Virus record (IMG/VR): IMGVR_UViG_3300025012_000952
Location: 1 to 64,000 of that record
Reading direction: 5' to 3' (one strand)
Origin: an uncultured virus (IMG/VR IMGVR_UViG_3300025012_000952)
Taxonomy: Duplodnaviria; Heunggongvirae; Uroviricota; Caudoviricetes
Length of the DNA: 64,000 nucleotides
Part shown: positions 9,837 through 20,434 of the stretch, one piece after another
How positions within the stretch are numbered: the stretch's first letter is position 1
How the letters are laid out: each line of letters begins with the position of its first letter
Made by a program: the position numbers and the translations under genes
Notes under the pieces: model-generated
Database searches by the model: none
What the model was told of the DNA's origin: nothing
Seen by the model: the letters and a program-made list of their open reading frames with translations, nothing else

Positions 9837-10017
9837 TATATGTTGTATGATCGCGGCGGGGATCGTCGTGACTGCTAACTGAGGCACTATTAGACAAGAC
9901 AAGGATTGAAAAATCTTTTGTACTTGCTGGTGCCCGTGAAGTTAGAAGCCCTTTTTTGGGGCAATCCACGGGGGCGTTACAATGGTATTAAAAGGGCGTT
10001 AAAAGGGGGGCGTTACA

Positions 10018-10425
10018 ATGGCGTTAAAATTGAAGAGGTTTCAAGCAGGAAAGTGGTTTGATTATCCGGGAGCGGAAGGGGTCCGGTTTTTGATCCGGCC
10101 CCTCCCTCTTTCTGAAGGGCTTGCTATTCGTTCTAGAATTCGGGAACGGGTTCCTACAGAAATCGACATGACTCAAGGGAAGACAAAAGGGAAAATTACT
10201 ACTCTTTTGGAAGATATTGATACCGGGAAATACACTTGGGAAATTTTTAATTTTATCCTTCAAGATGTAGAGGGGATTGATTTAGAAGATTCCCCCGAAG
10301 CCTCTTTGGAGGAAAAGAAAAAGGCTATTTTTGATGATATATCTCTCCGGGAGTTTATTTCAGAACAGTCGGAGTTAGTTCGTCAAGATGGGGAACGAAA
10401 ACTGGATTCTGAAATAAAAAACTGA
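10018..10425 (+). CDS. Tail assembly chaperone (gpG-like)
   Basis: Lies between tail tube and tape measure; ends in slippery A AAA AAC TGA. Confidence 0.75.
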   Translation: MALKLKRFQAGKWFDYPGAEGVRFLIRPLPLSEGLAIRSRIRERVPTEIDMTQGKTKGKITTLLEDIDTGKYTWEIFNFILQDVEGIDLEDSPEASLEEKKKAIFDDISLREFISEQSELVRQDGERKLDSEIKN

Positions 10426-10772
10426 CCCTGCTCGCCGAATGGATTAAAGAAAAAAGGGAGACTAAATTCTGGTGCGAGACTTGTCGAGAGCACTATGAAT
10501 TTAGGAGCAAGCGAGCAGGCAAGGAAATATCTCCTCCGTGTAATGATTGTTTTCCGGGGGTAGATTTTGAAAACTCGGAAGCTTGGGAGGTATTTCAATT
10601 AGCTAGTGCTGATCCTTGGGGGGTGAATCCTACGGGGGTAATTGAAGTTTGTAAGGTTTTAGAAGTGGAAGATATTCAAGAATGTTTATTTAAAGTTTTA
10701 AGATTAGCTCAAGTATTAGAAGCGGAATCCAAAAATAAACACTCCCCCAAGGAGGAAAATAAAATTGGCTGA
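10422..10772 (+). CDS. Frameshift extension of the tail chaperone (gpGT-like, -1 frame; absent from ORF track)
   Basis: -1 frame is open for 116 codons after heptamer 10416-10422: LTLLAEWIKEK...CETC...PPCNDCFPGVDFENSEAWEVFQLAS..., stop TGA at 10770-10772. Confidence 0.75.
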   Translation: MTLLAEWIKEKRETKFWCETCREHYEFRSKRAGKEISPPCNDCFPGVDFENSEAWEVFQLASADPWGVNPTGVIEVCKVLEVEDIQECLFKVLRLAQVLEAESKNKHSPKEENKIG

Positions 10773-13700
10773 TAAGGATTTAACATATAGATTGGTAATT
10801 AGAGATGATGGAACTCCCATTCTTCGTAAAATTGCCATTGAAGCGGAGAAAACTGGTGCTAGTGTAACTGCTGCTACCGCCAAGGCTGTTTCCACTCCTA
10901 AAGTAGTTCCTTTTCAAATGGCTCCTCAAATGCAAGCTAATGCTGCTTTTTGGATGGATCCTGCAGTTAAAGCTCAAGAAGAAGGAATGAAAAAGGTAAC
11001 TGGGGAAATAAAGACTCAGGTAGCAGAAGCAACAAATTTAGAAAGAATTATGGAACGTATACAAAGAACGATGGCAGCTTTCGTAGCTGTTTGGGCATTT
11101 CAAAAGGTTGTTCAGGGATTTTCCTCTATGATAAGTATAGGAATAGAATATAATGCTACTTTAGAACAATCTAGACTTGGAATGGCGGCTATTCTTACTG
11201 CTCAGGGGCAATTTACAGATTCTAGTGGTAGGGCTTTACAAGGTACTGAGGCATTAAATGCTGCTATGGAAATGTCTTCGGATATAACAAAAAAATTACA
11301 GATGGATAATCTTCAAACAGCAGCTACTTATCAACAATTAGTTAAGGCATATCAGCAAACGATAGCTCCTGGATTAGCTGTAGGATTTGATCCCAATCAA
11401 ATTAGGCAATATACTCTAGCAATGGTCCAAGCTGCCAGTGCTATGGGCTTGAATTTGGATATGTTAGCAGAAGAAACTAGATCTATGTTGAGAGGGGCAA
11501 TTACCCCTCGTAATACTTTGATTGCTACTGCTTTGGGTCTTAGAAATGAAGATATTCGTAAATATAAAAATGATGCAGAAGGATTATATAAATTTATTAT
11601 GGGAAGACTTAGTGCTTTCGGAGTTGCTGGAGATATGGCTCAAAAAACTTGGGCAGGAGTTACATCTAATGTTAAAGATGCTATAAGTATGGTTTTAGGC
11701 GAATCTTTTAAACCTATGTTTAATTATTTAAAATCAGAAATGATTAATATTCAAAATAGTTTAGTTACTTGGACTGCAGAGGGTCCTAAATTAAATGAAG
11801 CCGTCGTTTCTGGATTTAGGGAAGTTAGTGATTTAATGGTAAATATGTTAAAATTATCTAAGGAGATTGCTAACACTCTAGCTTTGCCAACAACTTCTTT
11901 ATCTGTACTTATTAAATCTATTAATTTTATGTTAGAAAAATGGACTCAAGTGTTAAGTTTTATTTCTAAGCCAGTAGCTGCATACAAAAATGTAGTGGAA
12001 GGATTATCTTCTGCTATTAAAAATAAAATGGATTTTAGTAAGAAAACCAAAGAACTTAGTGGATCAGAGGATATGCCCTTTGGAGATATAAGTTATGATG
12101 TAAAATATGTTGCTAATAGAATGGAACTTGATAAAATTGATAGAGAAATAGCAGAACAAGTAGCTAAAATTAATCTTCAAATCGCTACTCAAAATAAAAA
12201 TTATAAAGAACAAATATATTTGGTAGATATTCTTACCAAAGCAGAAATTGAGAAAGCCCAAGCTGAGGGAAAATTTAATTTAGAATTAGAAAATGCTCTT
12301 AAAAATCAAGGGGAGCAAAGGAAGAAGCATTTATTAATTCAGCAAGAAATGGAGAGATTAGGATGGGGAGGAGAAACTTCCTCAATTAAAGCTCAAATGG
12401 CGGAGATGGTTGGAGATATTCAAGAACAAGTTAATTGGGAAAGACAATCTCTAAATATCACTATTGAAAGGAATAGAGCAGGATTAGGAGTTAGAGATAG
12501 TTTACAAAAACAATCAGAAGAAGCAAAAAAATTGAAATTTGAAATTGGTGCTGTTAGAAGAATAGAATTAGATCGTCTTAATTATGAATCTAAAATTACT
12601 ACTCTTCAATCCTCCGTATCTCAAGTAACAGGGGATTATGAAGCTCAAGCTAATTTAGTAATGGAAATTTATCAAAAGAAAATGGATATATTAGCTGCAG
12701 AAGGAAAAATTAGTGTAATACGTTTAAATGAAATTAGTAAATTAGAAGCTGTTTTAGCTTTATATGCTAAAGAAGATATTTTAGCAAAAGGAATATTATC
12801 TCATTATACTACTAAATGGGAATTGGAATCTCGTTTGGCAATAGCAACTGATAATACTGCTAAATCTTTAGATATTCAACAAATGCAAGCTAGTTTAGTT
12901 ACCCAAGAATTGGAAAGAATATTGGAAAGAGCTAGGAAAATTACTGAACCAAATGAAAAATATATAAAACAATTAGAAGATATTTTGGGGATTACTAAGC
13001 AAACTAATGCAGAAGAAGATAAAAGAAGAAGATTAGAATCATCTTTTTCTCAAACAGGGAGATCTCTTGGGTACCAATCTGATATAGCTAATATGTCTGG
13101 AAATTGGGAGGCTTCTAAGACTATAGAAAAAGAACTTCTTAAATTGGAATTAGATCGAGCATTGGCTATTGAGGGACTTTCTGCTAAGGGTAAAGAATAT
13201 GCTAATATATCATACCAAATGAAAACGGCTGAAGCAGAAGCTCAAAGAACTTTGAATCAGTCTCAATTAGAAGAAATAGGAATGAAGCAATATGCTTTTA
13301 AATTGAATCAAGATTTAGTAAATCAATATTCAAATAAGATTCCTAACGCTATAGATCTTAGTGTAAATGCTTTTGGTACGTTCTTAGAAAGCATTGGTTC
13401 TGGTACTAAATCCATTGGAGACAATTTCCGTGCTTTATTTGCTGATATCGGGAAGGGGATTCTCAAACTTTTAATAGAAATTCAAATGGCAGAATTGAAA
13501 TTAGCTATTATGAAATCGTTAGGATTTGTAGATAGTTCTATTATATCGGCTATCGTTAGTCCCGCTGCGGGGGCTGTTCCTTTGGCGGGAACAAGGGCCG
13601 GGGGGGGGCCTGTTTCTGCCGGATATTCGTACCTTGTAGGAGAGCGTGGGAAGCCGGAAATTTTCACTCCTAGCGTGTCGGGGAATATTTCTCCAGTAGG

Positions 13701-13866
13701 AGGAACTCAAAATATTAAGGTTCAAATTATAAATGAAAGTGGGGTTCCTGTTCAAGCGAAGAGTGCCAAGGTAGATGTTAGGCCTGATGAATATATCATA
13801 TCTGTAGTGATAGATGCTGCAGCAAGGAATAGGATGGGATTTAGAGATATGATGGGAGGCGGGTAA
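10765..13866 (+). CDS. Tape measure protein
   Basis: 1033 aa helical protein; C-terminal RAGGGPV.AG..YLVGERG.PEIF.P motif. Confidence 0.9.
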   Translation: MADKDLTYRLVIRDDGTPILRKIAIEAEKTGASVTAATAKAVSTPKVVPFQMAPQMQANAAFWMDPAVKAQEEGMKKVTGEIKTQVAEATNLERIMERIQRTMAAFVAVWAFQKVVQGFSSMISIGIEYNATLEQSRLGMAAILTAQGQFTDSSGRALQGTEALNAAMEMSSDITKKLQMDNLQTAATYQQLVKAYQQTIAPGLAVGFDPNQIRQYTLAMVQAASAMGLNLDMLAEETRSMLRGAITPRNTLIATALGLRNEDIRKYKNDAEGLYKFIMGRLSAFGVAGDMAQKTWAGVTSNVKDAISMVLGESFKPMFNYLKSEMINIQNSLVTWTAEGPKLNEAVVSGFREVSDLMVNMLKLSKEIANTLALPTTSLSVLIKSINFMLEKWTQVLSFISKPVAAYKNVVEGLSSAIKNKMDFSKKTKELSGSEDMPFGDISYDVKYVANRMELDKIDREIAEQVAKINLQIATQNKNYKEQIYLVDILTKAEIEKAQAEGKFNLELENALKNQGEQRKKHLLIQQEMERLGWGGETSSIKAQMAEMVGDIQEQVNWERQSLNITIERNRAGLGVRDSLQKQSEEAKKLKFEIGAVRRIELDRLNYESKITTLQSSVSQVTGDYEAQANLVMEIYQKKMDILAAEGKISVIRLNEISKLEAVLALYAKEDILAKGILSHYTTKWELESRLAIATDNTAKSLDIQQMQASLVTQELERILERARKITEPNEKYIKQLEDILGITKQTNAEEDKRRRLESSFSQTGRSLGYQSDIANMSGNWEASKTIEKELLKLELDRALAIEGLSAKGKEYANISYQMKTAEAEAQRTLNQSQLEEIGMKQYAFKLNQDLVNQYSNKIPNAIDLSVNAFGTFLESIGSGTKSIGDNFRALFADIGKGILKLLIEIQMAELKLAIMKSLGFVDSSIISAIVSPAAGAVPLAGTRAGGGPVSAGYSYLVGERGKPEIFTPSVSGNISPVGGTQNIKVQIINESGVPVQAKSAKVDVRPDEYIISVVIDAAARNRMGFRDMMGGG

Positions 13867-14207
13867 TGGCAGATTGGCCATCTATTTCTGCTCCTCGCAC
13901 TATTGAGGAAGAGTATTATAAGCCCCAAATTAAAACTGAATTTGAAGCAAATTATACTCAATCCCGTGCTGCTAGTTCTAGGGCGATTCATCGTTGGAAT
14001 TTAAGTTTTGTTTTATCAGAAACCGATTTGGGGACACTTCATACTTTTTTTAATACCAATTTAGGCATTGCTTTTAATTGGACAAATCCCAGGAATTCTA
14101 CTACGTATTCTTGTCGATTTTCTGGGGATAGTATTAAATCAAAAAGTATGGGTATGAGCGGTAGTGTTAATTATTGGTCAGTAGATATTACCATTGAGGA
14201 AATTTAA
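13866..14207 (+). CDS. Distal/minor tail protein (lambda gpM-like)
   Basis: 113 aa directly after TMP; WNLSF...FF......AFNWTNP. Confidence 0.65.
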   Translation: MADWPSISAPRTIEEEYYKPQIKTEFEANYTQSRAASSRAIHRWNLSFVLSETDLGTLHTFFNTNLGIAFNWTNPRNSTTYSCRFSGDSIKSKSMGMSGSVNYWSVDITIEEI

Positions 14208-14839
14208 TGAGGACTCTTAGCAGTACGGCTATAGAAGAAAAGAATAAATTAATTGGTAATTCCGTTTGGCTATTAGCATTAAAAATTACTATTCCGGGGT
14301 TGGGAACTCCCATTCGTTTGGTTAGAAATAATGAAGCTATAACTTGGGATGGAGAAACTTGGTCAGCTTTTCCATTTGAAATTGATGAAGTTGGTGACGT
14401 ATCCTCTGGGGAAGTTCCTAGAGTAGATATCAGAGTTAGCAATATTAGTCGCGCAATGGAAGTTTACATTCAAGCGTATGATACTTATATTAAAACAAAT
14501 GGATTTAGTCCTGTTTTGGTTAATATTTATGTTTTGAATTCTTTAAATTTGGCTTCAGCCACTCCGGAGGTAGAACATTTATTTGAATTAAAACAACCTA
14601 AAACTAATTCTAAATGGGCTACTTTTACATTAGGGGCTGCAAATCCGTTTAATAAAAGATTTCCCATTATGAGGATTTTGAAAAATCATTGTAGATTTAT
14701 TTTCAAAGGAACACTATGTGGGTATGCTGGAGTAGGGGCAACTTGTGATAAAACTTTAACCACTTGTCGGTCTTATAGTAATTCTGATAGATTTGGGGGG
14801 TTTCCAGGAGCGGGGGCAAGGGGAGTACGACTTGCCTAA
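14207..14839 (+). CDS. Minor tail protein (lambda gpL-like)
   Basis: C-terminal C...CGY.G....CDKTLTTC.....N..RFGGFP Cys cluster. Confidence 0.8.
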   Translation: MRTLSSTAIEEKNKLIGNSVWLLALKITIPGLGTPIRLVRNNEAITWDGETWSAFPFEIDEVGDVSSGEVPRVDIRVSNISRAMEVYIQAYDTYIKTNGFSPVLVNIYVLNSLNLASATPEVEHLFELKQPKTNSKWATFTLGAANPFNKRFPIMRILKNHCRFIFKGTLCGYAGVGATCDKTLTTCRSYSNSDRFGGFPGAGARGVRLA

Positions 14840-15239
14840 TATATCTGATCTCATCGGAATTCCTTTCCTTAATCTAGGAAGGGACCCTAAAATTGGATTA
14901 GATTGTTATGGATTATTTATGGAAGTAAATAAACGATTTGGTCAAATAGTGACGAATAAAAATATTGCTTGTGAGGATATAGTAACAGCTAGTATAGAAG
15001 TACCAGAAGATATAGCAAACTATTGGTCTAAGGTAGAAATTCCAGAACCAGGAGATGCTGTAGCAATGTCTCTTAATCCTATTTTTCCTGGAGTAGTTCA
15101 GCATTTTGGGGTATACCTTGGGGATAGTCGTTATATCCATACTTTGAAAAAAGTAGGAGTAATTATATCAAAAATAAATGATCCTGCTTGGGAAAAAAGA
15201 ATTCGTGGATTTTACAGGTGGAAAAAATGTTCACTATAA
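14832..15239 (+). CDS. NlpC/P60 tail-associated peptidase (gpK-like)
   Basis: LIGIPF...GRD...GLDCYGL and HFGVYLG..RYIH; TTG start at 14832 is more likely than 14793. Confidence 0.85.
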   Translation: MPNISDLIGIPFLNLGRDPKIGLDCYGLFMEVNKRFGQIVTNKNIACEDIVTASIEVPEDIANYWSKVEIPEPGDAVAMSLNPIFPGVVQHFGVYLGDSRYIHTLKKVGVIISKINDPAWEKRIRGFYRWKKCSL

Positions 15240-18200
15240 CTTATGTTCGTAACCCCTTTGATCCTTTGAAGGATCGTATTATTGAGCAATTTCCTATTGG
15301 ATTGAGAGTAAAAGATTATCTTCAAGGATTTGGAATAGGGGATGTAGAAAGAAATTCTTATGATATAGCAGTATCTATAAATGGTCAAATAGTTCCTAAT
15401 CCAATGGATTTAGTAATACTTTCTCCCAATTGTCATCTTGCTTTTTGTCATGTTCCTAAAGATGGAGGGGATGGTAAAAATATATTAGCTATTATTGCTA
15501 TGATAGCTGTTATAATAGTTGCTCCTTATCTTACAGAAATGGCGGCTTTTTATTCTGCAGGAGGAGGTGCAATAGAAGCAATGGCTATTGCTGGCGGTGG
15601 CGCTTATATGACCGCTGGTTTAACTTTAGTAGGTGGATTAATTGTTGGATCCGTATTTAGACCAAGTATTCCATCTTTTAATAATCAGTCTATTGATTCA
15701 TCTTCTACGTATAGTTGGGATGCTAAACCAAATTCATTAATGGAGGGGGAAGTTCTTCCAGTTCTTTACGGTACTATGCGAATAGCTCCCCCCATTATAG
15801 GAAGATATTTAGAAACTGCAGGAGATAAGCAATATTTAAATATTCTTATGGCTGCAGCTTCCCACGCAATAACTAGTTTATCAAGTTCTAGAATAAATCA
15901 AACAGATGTTACTAACTTTTCGGGTATTACTGAAGAAACTAGGTTAGGAGCAACTACCCAAGGGGTTACTCAGGGATTTAATGATACTAGGGTAACAACG
16001 TCGGTGGCAACTAAACTTAATCCCACCGCTTCGGCATGGTCTGCTGCAACGACTTATGATTCTGGAGATTATTGTACTTTTGGGGGATTTTATTGGAAAT
16101 CTCTTCAGGCAGGAAATACCAATAATTCTCCGGTTGAAGATGCTTGGTGGACTAAGGAAATTTGGACTACTAGAGTAACAAATGGAAATACCGTTCAAGG
16201 AATAACAGTTTGTTTATCTTTTCCAGCTGGTTTATTTAGTGCTAACAGTTCTGGAGGATTGGGTAGTACTGAAGTAGATGTATATATCGAGTATAAAAAG
16301 ACTGGAGAAGTGGATTGGGTACGTTTACAATCTATGAATACTGTTCCGGTTATTATTTCTAGTAGTAGATGGTCAGCTGGTCATTGGCAAAATGAATGGG
16401 AAGGGCCATCTCCCTCTGTTTATTGGGTAGAAGTAGAAGTTGGATCTAGCACCCCCGGAGATCATGTGGAGGGAGATCCTTATACTTCGGGGGAATCTTG
16501 GTATGACTATGATACCATGGGTCTTCGTTATGCTCATTATTGGAGATGGGTAACTAGTGGAACACTTACTCAAATTGATACAGTTAATCTAGATTATGCC
16601 CAAATTGTAGCGGCTCAGTCTAAGCCACTTCGTAGAACATATTCTGCTGATCAACTACCAGCAGGAGAATATAGTATCAGATGCAGAATAGTAAATGCTC
16701 TTGCTTCAGGAAATACTTATATTAATGATTGTTATTGGGAATATTTTGAGGAAAGAATTTATGATGATTTTACTTATCCAGGAACAACTTTATGGGTAGT
16801 TCGTGCTTTAGCTACTGATCAATTATCTGGGGGTATTCCTAGATTTGATATTCTAGCAGTGCGTAGTACGGTCCCCGTTTGGACTGGGGCAACATATGAA
16901 AATAAAGCAGCTAATAATCCAGCTTGGGCTGCTTACGATTTATTACATAATAATACTTATGGGGCAGATATTCCTTATTCTCGGATAGATTATGATGCTT
17001 TCAATGCATGGGCTTCTTATTGTACTACTGAGGGATTTACTCTAAATATTTATTTTGATCAAGCTCAAACTGTTAGAAAATGTTTAGATATTGTGGGACA
17101 ATCTGGTAGAGCCAACGTTGTTCAAATGGGTAGTAAATTCACCGTTATTGTTGACAAAGAAGATACTGCGGTACAAAAATTTCTATTTACTGTAGGAAAT
17201 ATCAAGAAAGATTCTTTTTCAGAAGAATTTTTACCGTTAGATGATCGTTGTAATGCTATAGAAATAACTTATTTTGATGCTACTTTGAATTATGAAAGAC
17301 AAGTTCTTGAAGTATACTCTGATGATTTTGATACTACGGATAGAGATATTAATAAAAGATCTGTGATTTTATATGGTTGTACTGACAGAGATCAAGCCAT
17401 TCAATATGCTAAATTTCTTTTAAAATGTAACCGTTACTTGACATTAACTGCTTCTTGGGAAACAGATGTAGATGCATTAGCTTGTATGCCTGGAGATGTA
17501 GTTGAAGTTTCTCATGATGTTCCTCAATGGGGATTTTCTGGTCGTATTATATCAGCTACTGCAAATACTGTTACATTAGATAGAAGTGTTACTATTGAGG
17601 CCGCAAAAACATATGCTATTACTATTAAACATCAAGATGATGATACTAGAGAAGAAAAAACAGTTTCTAATAGTCCCGGAACGTATACAGTTTTAACTAT
17701 TTCTACTAATTGGGGGGTTACTCCTTCTCAATATGCTCAATATGCTTTTGGAGAAACCAATTTAGTAACTAAACAATTTAGAGTGATTAAAATATCTCGT
17801 GCTAAGGAAAACACTTTTAAAATAATTGGTATAGAATATGTAGTTGGAGTTTATGATGATTCTGGAACTGTTTCTGATCCCCAAGTTTGGACATATTTAG
17901 ATGCCGTAGATAATTTAACAGCTTCTGAAAGATATACTGGAGGAGCGTCTACTAATGCTTTAATATCTTGGAATGGGGCAGTTCATCTTTGGTATATTTG
18001 GTATAAATCATCAGTTATGGCTACCCCCCTATATGTTGGGGAAAGCGGGGTTCCTTGGATAGTTATTTCTAATATAGATTATGGATTAACGTATACTTTC
18101 TATGTTAGTGGTACTCCTTCTATCATAGATGCCGTCACCGTTGATTTGGCGATAGCAGGCAGATTAACTCTCCCCGCAGTTCCTACTCCAGTATTTGTTG

Positions 18201-19183
18201 CTATAGCTGGAGGATTTCAGAGAGTAAGGATTGAATGGGAATCTATAGATAATGAAGAATATGATATGGTAGAAATATGGCGTAGCGCAACGAATGATAG
18301 AACTGTTGCAACAAAAGTGGGTGAAATTCATTCTAATGTTTTTATTGATACTAGCGGATTGACTGTTTTAACTACCTATTATTATTGGATTAGAACTAGA
18401 TCGTTAATAGGTACTTGGTCTGCTTGGGAAAGTGCAGATAGTGCTGGGCATAGTGTTACTACTGGTGGAGTAATAACAGGGGATTTTATAGATGATGTAT
18501 TAGAATTAGAATTAATGAAAATTAATTTTCAAAATATATCTTGGGCTCAGTTTGCTATTTTTGATTCTTTTGAAAATAGTACAAAAAGAGCCTCCCCAGA
18601 TCCATCTACGTATGACGCTCGTATTTATTCTGGTTATTTGGATAATGGAGAGGATGGTACAGCCGATAGGGAATTTGGTTTTATTTCTAAAACATATACT
18701 AATATCACCACTGTTTTATCAAGTAATTCTACCAGTGTAGGATTAAATTATCTTGAAGATACTTTACAATCTTGGTTTACTGATGAATGTAAAAATTTAA
18801 CCTTATATGATTCAACTGCTACTGCATTTACCATAATAAGTAATACTTCCAATCGACTAACTGTTTCAGGAAGTCCTGCAGCTGGAGCATATACTTTAGT
18901 TGATAGTAATCCGGGGTATGCCGTAGCGTTCGCTACTTTCTTAGACTCATCTAACGGTGGGGCAGGTTACGTTAAATTAGAGGTTAGTTTTGATGGAGGG
19001 GTCAATTACCAAACATTTCTTGATACGGAGGGAGGAGTAGATTTATTAGGAGGAACTGTAGCAATCGCTAATGCAGGAAATGATTATATTGCAAGAATTA
19101 CTTTAAAAAATGATGGTTCTGGATTAGGCCCTATATTTTATAAATTTTTGGTATGTACTGATCCTAGTTGCTGGAGGTTTTAG
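15227..19183 (+). CDS. Tail tip/host specificity protein (gpI+gpJ-like) with FN3 domains
   Basis: PVLYG, NNPAWAAYDLL, PGDVVEVSH motifs; FN3-like VEIWRS / YYYWIR; CBM-like insert. Confidence 0.88.
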   Translation: MFTITYVRNPFDPLKDRIIEQFPIGLRVKDYLQGFGIGDVERNSYDIAVSINGQIVPNPMDLVILSPNCHLAFCHVPKDGGDGKNILAIIAMIAVIIVAPYLTEMAAFYSAGGGAIEAMAIAGGGAYMTAGLTLVGGLIVGSVFRPSIPSFNNQSIDSSSTYSWDAKPNSLMEGEVLPVLYGTMRIAPPIIGRYLETAGDKQYLNILMAAASHAITSLSSSRINQTDVTNFSGITEETRLGATTQGVTQGFNDTRVTTSVATKLNPTASAWSAATTYDSGDYCTFGGFYWKSLQAGNTNNSPVEDAWWTKEIWTTRVTNGNTVQGITVCLSFPAGLFSANSSGGLGSTEVDVYIEYKKTGEVDWVRLQSMNTVPVIISSSRWSAGHWQNEWEGPSPSVYWVEVEVGSSTPGDHVEGDPYTSGESWYDYDTMGLRYAHYWRWVTSGTLTQIDTVNLDYAQIVAAQSKPLRRTYSADQLPAGEYSIRCRIVNALASGNTYINDCYWEYFEERIYDDFTYPGTTLWVVRALATDQLSGGIPRFDILAVRSTVPVWTGATYENKAANNPAWAAYDLLHNNTYGADIPYSRIDYDAFNAWASYCTTEGFTLNIYFDQAQTVRKCLDIVGQSGRANVVQMGSKFTVIVDKEDTAVQKFLFTVGNIKKDSFSEEFLPLDDRCNAIEITYFDATLNYERQVLEVYSDDFDTTDRDINKRSVILYGCTDRDQAIQYAKFLLKCNRYLTLTASWETDVDALACMPGDVVEVSHDVPQWGFSGRIISATANTVTLDRSVTIEAAKTYAITIKHQDDDTREEKTVSNSPGTYTVLTISTNWGVTPSQYAQYAFGETNLVTKQFRVIKISRAKENTFKIIGIEYVVGVYDDSGTVSDPQVWTYLDAVDNLTASERYTGGASTNALISWNGAVHLWYIWYKSSVMATPLYVGESGVPWIVISNIDYGLTYTFYVSGTPSIIDAVTVDLAIAGRLTLPAVPTPVFVAIAGGFQRVRIEWESIDNEEYDMVEIWRSATNDRTVATKVGEIHSNVFIDTSGLTVLTTYYYWIRTRSLIGTWSAWESADSAGHSVTTGGVITGDFIDDVLELELMKINFQNISWAQFAIFDSFENSTKRASPDPSTYDARIYSGYLDNGEDGTADREFGFISKTYTNITTVLSSNSTSVGLNYLEDTLQSWFTDECKNLTLYDSTATAFTIISNTSNRLTVSGSPAAGAYTLVDSNPGYAVAFATFLDSSNGGAGYVKLEVSFDGGVNYQTFLDTEGGVDLLGGTVAIANAGNDYIARITLKNDGSGLGPIFYKFLVCTDPSCWRF

Positions 19184-20434
19184 ATGTATATATTAGAAAA
19201 AGATATTATAATGGGGACTTTCACTAATAGAGAAACATACCTTCCTTCTTTATGTAAAAGTATTCGAGAAAATATTCCCCATATTCCTTTCATGTTACAA
19301 TTAGATAATCTTCCCATTAATAAAAATTTTAATGCTCTTAGAGAAAAATTTCAGCAGACGGGTAAAAGATTTTGGTTATTCTTAGATGACGACATTCAAT
19401 TTTTATTTCCAAATACTATTCAAATAGCATTAGAAACTATGATTAAAAATAAATATGCTATGGTAGGAATTTATTCTTCATTTGATCCTGAATTTTCTTG
19501 TGACCCCTCTACTTTAGTTGAAAAAGAAATGCATTGGATGCCGGGATATTTTCAATTAGTAGATAGTCATTTAATAGGTCATATCAAAGCAGATGAAAAT
19601 CTACCAGATGGAAATACTTCTATTGATACCAGTTATTCCGTTATGATTAAGCAAGAAGGGTATAAAATTGGAATAGCTCCTACATATGTTTTACATGCCT
19701 ATAAGCCAGGAAGTTGGATAAAGCAAGAAGTAATTGAACCTACTAATAATTATTTAATGGCTAAATATGGTAAACAATATTTTGAATGGTGCCATGGAAT
19801 AGATAATGTAATTGGAGGTGCTCCTAATCCGGAGAATAGTTTGATGCGTAAAAATAGAAAAAAATTAATTCAATGGCAAAGTGAAAATTATATAGCAGAA
19901 GAAGGAAAACTTAAACTTCATCTTGGTTGTGGAGATCAAAAATATCCTGGGTTTATAAATTGTGATATAGAAGGAGATGTAGATCAAATTCATGATATTA
20001 CTACTAGATCTACTATTTGGAAAGATAATTCCATCGATCATATTTCATGTCATCATGTATTAGAACATGTTCCTTACAGAAAGTTTAATTGGGTTTTAAA
20101 AGAATGGTATCGTTTGTTGAAAATAGGAGGAACGATTGATATAGGTATGCCTGATATAGAATTGGTATCTAAGGAATTTTTGGAAAGTAGTGAAGAACGT
20201 AGATGGGGAGCAACTATTCATATATTTTATGGGCAACAAGGGCCTACTACAAAACCACCATCTCAATTAACTGACGATGATCCTATAATTGAAGGACAAT
20301 TTCATCGGGGAGGATTGACAAAAGATAGACTATGTTTACTTTTAAAAAATCTTGGATTTGAAATATTAGAAGCATATAATTATTGTGGGAATGGAAATCC
20401 ATCTCTTTTCGTACTTGCAAAGAAGGTGCAATAA
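19184..20434 (+). CDS. GT2-like glycosyltransferase + SAM methyltransferase fusion
   Basis: WLFLDDD (DxD) N-terminal domain; KLHLGCG, HVLEH, EWYRLLKIGG in C-terminal domain. Confidence 0.8.
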   Translation: MYILEKDIIMGTFTNRETYLPSLCKSIRENIPHIPFMLQLDNLPINKNFNALREKFQQTGKRFWLFLDDDIQFLFPNTIQIALETMIKNKYAMVGIYSSFDPEFSCDPSTLVEKEMHWMPGYFQLVDSHLIGHIKADENLPDGNTSIDTSYSVMIKQEGYKIGIAPTYVLHAYKPGSWIKQEVIEPTNNYLMAKYGKQYFEWCHGIDNVIGGAPNPENSLMRKNRKKLIQWQSENYIAEEGKLKLHLGCGDQKYPGFINCDIEGDVDQIHDITTRSTIWKDNSIDHISCHHVLEHVPYRKFNWVLKEWYRLLKIGGTIDIGMPDIELVSKEFLESSEERRWGATIHIFYGQQGPTTKPPSQLTDDDPIIEGQFHRGGLTKDRLCLLLKNLGFEILEAYNYCGNGNPSLFVLAKKVQ

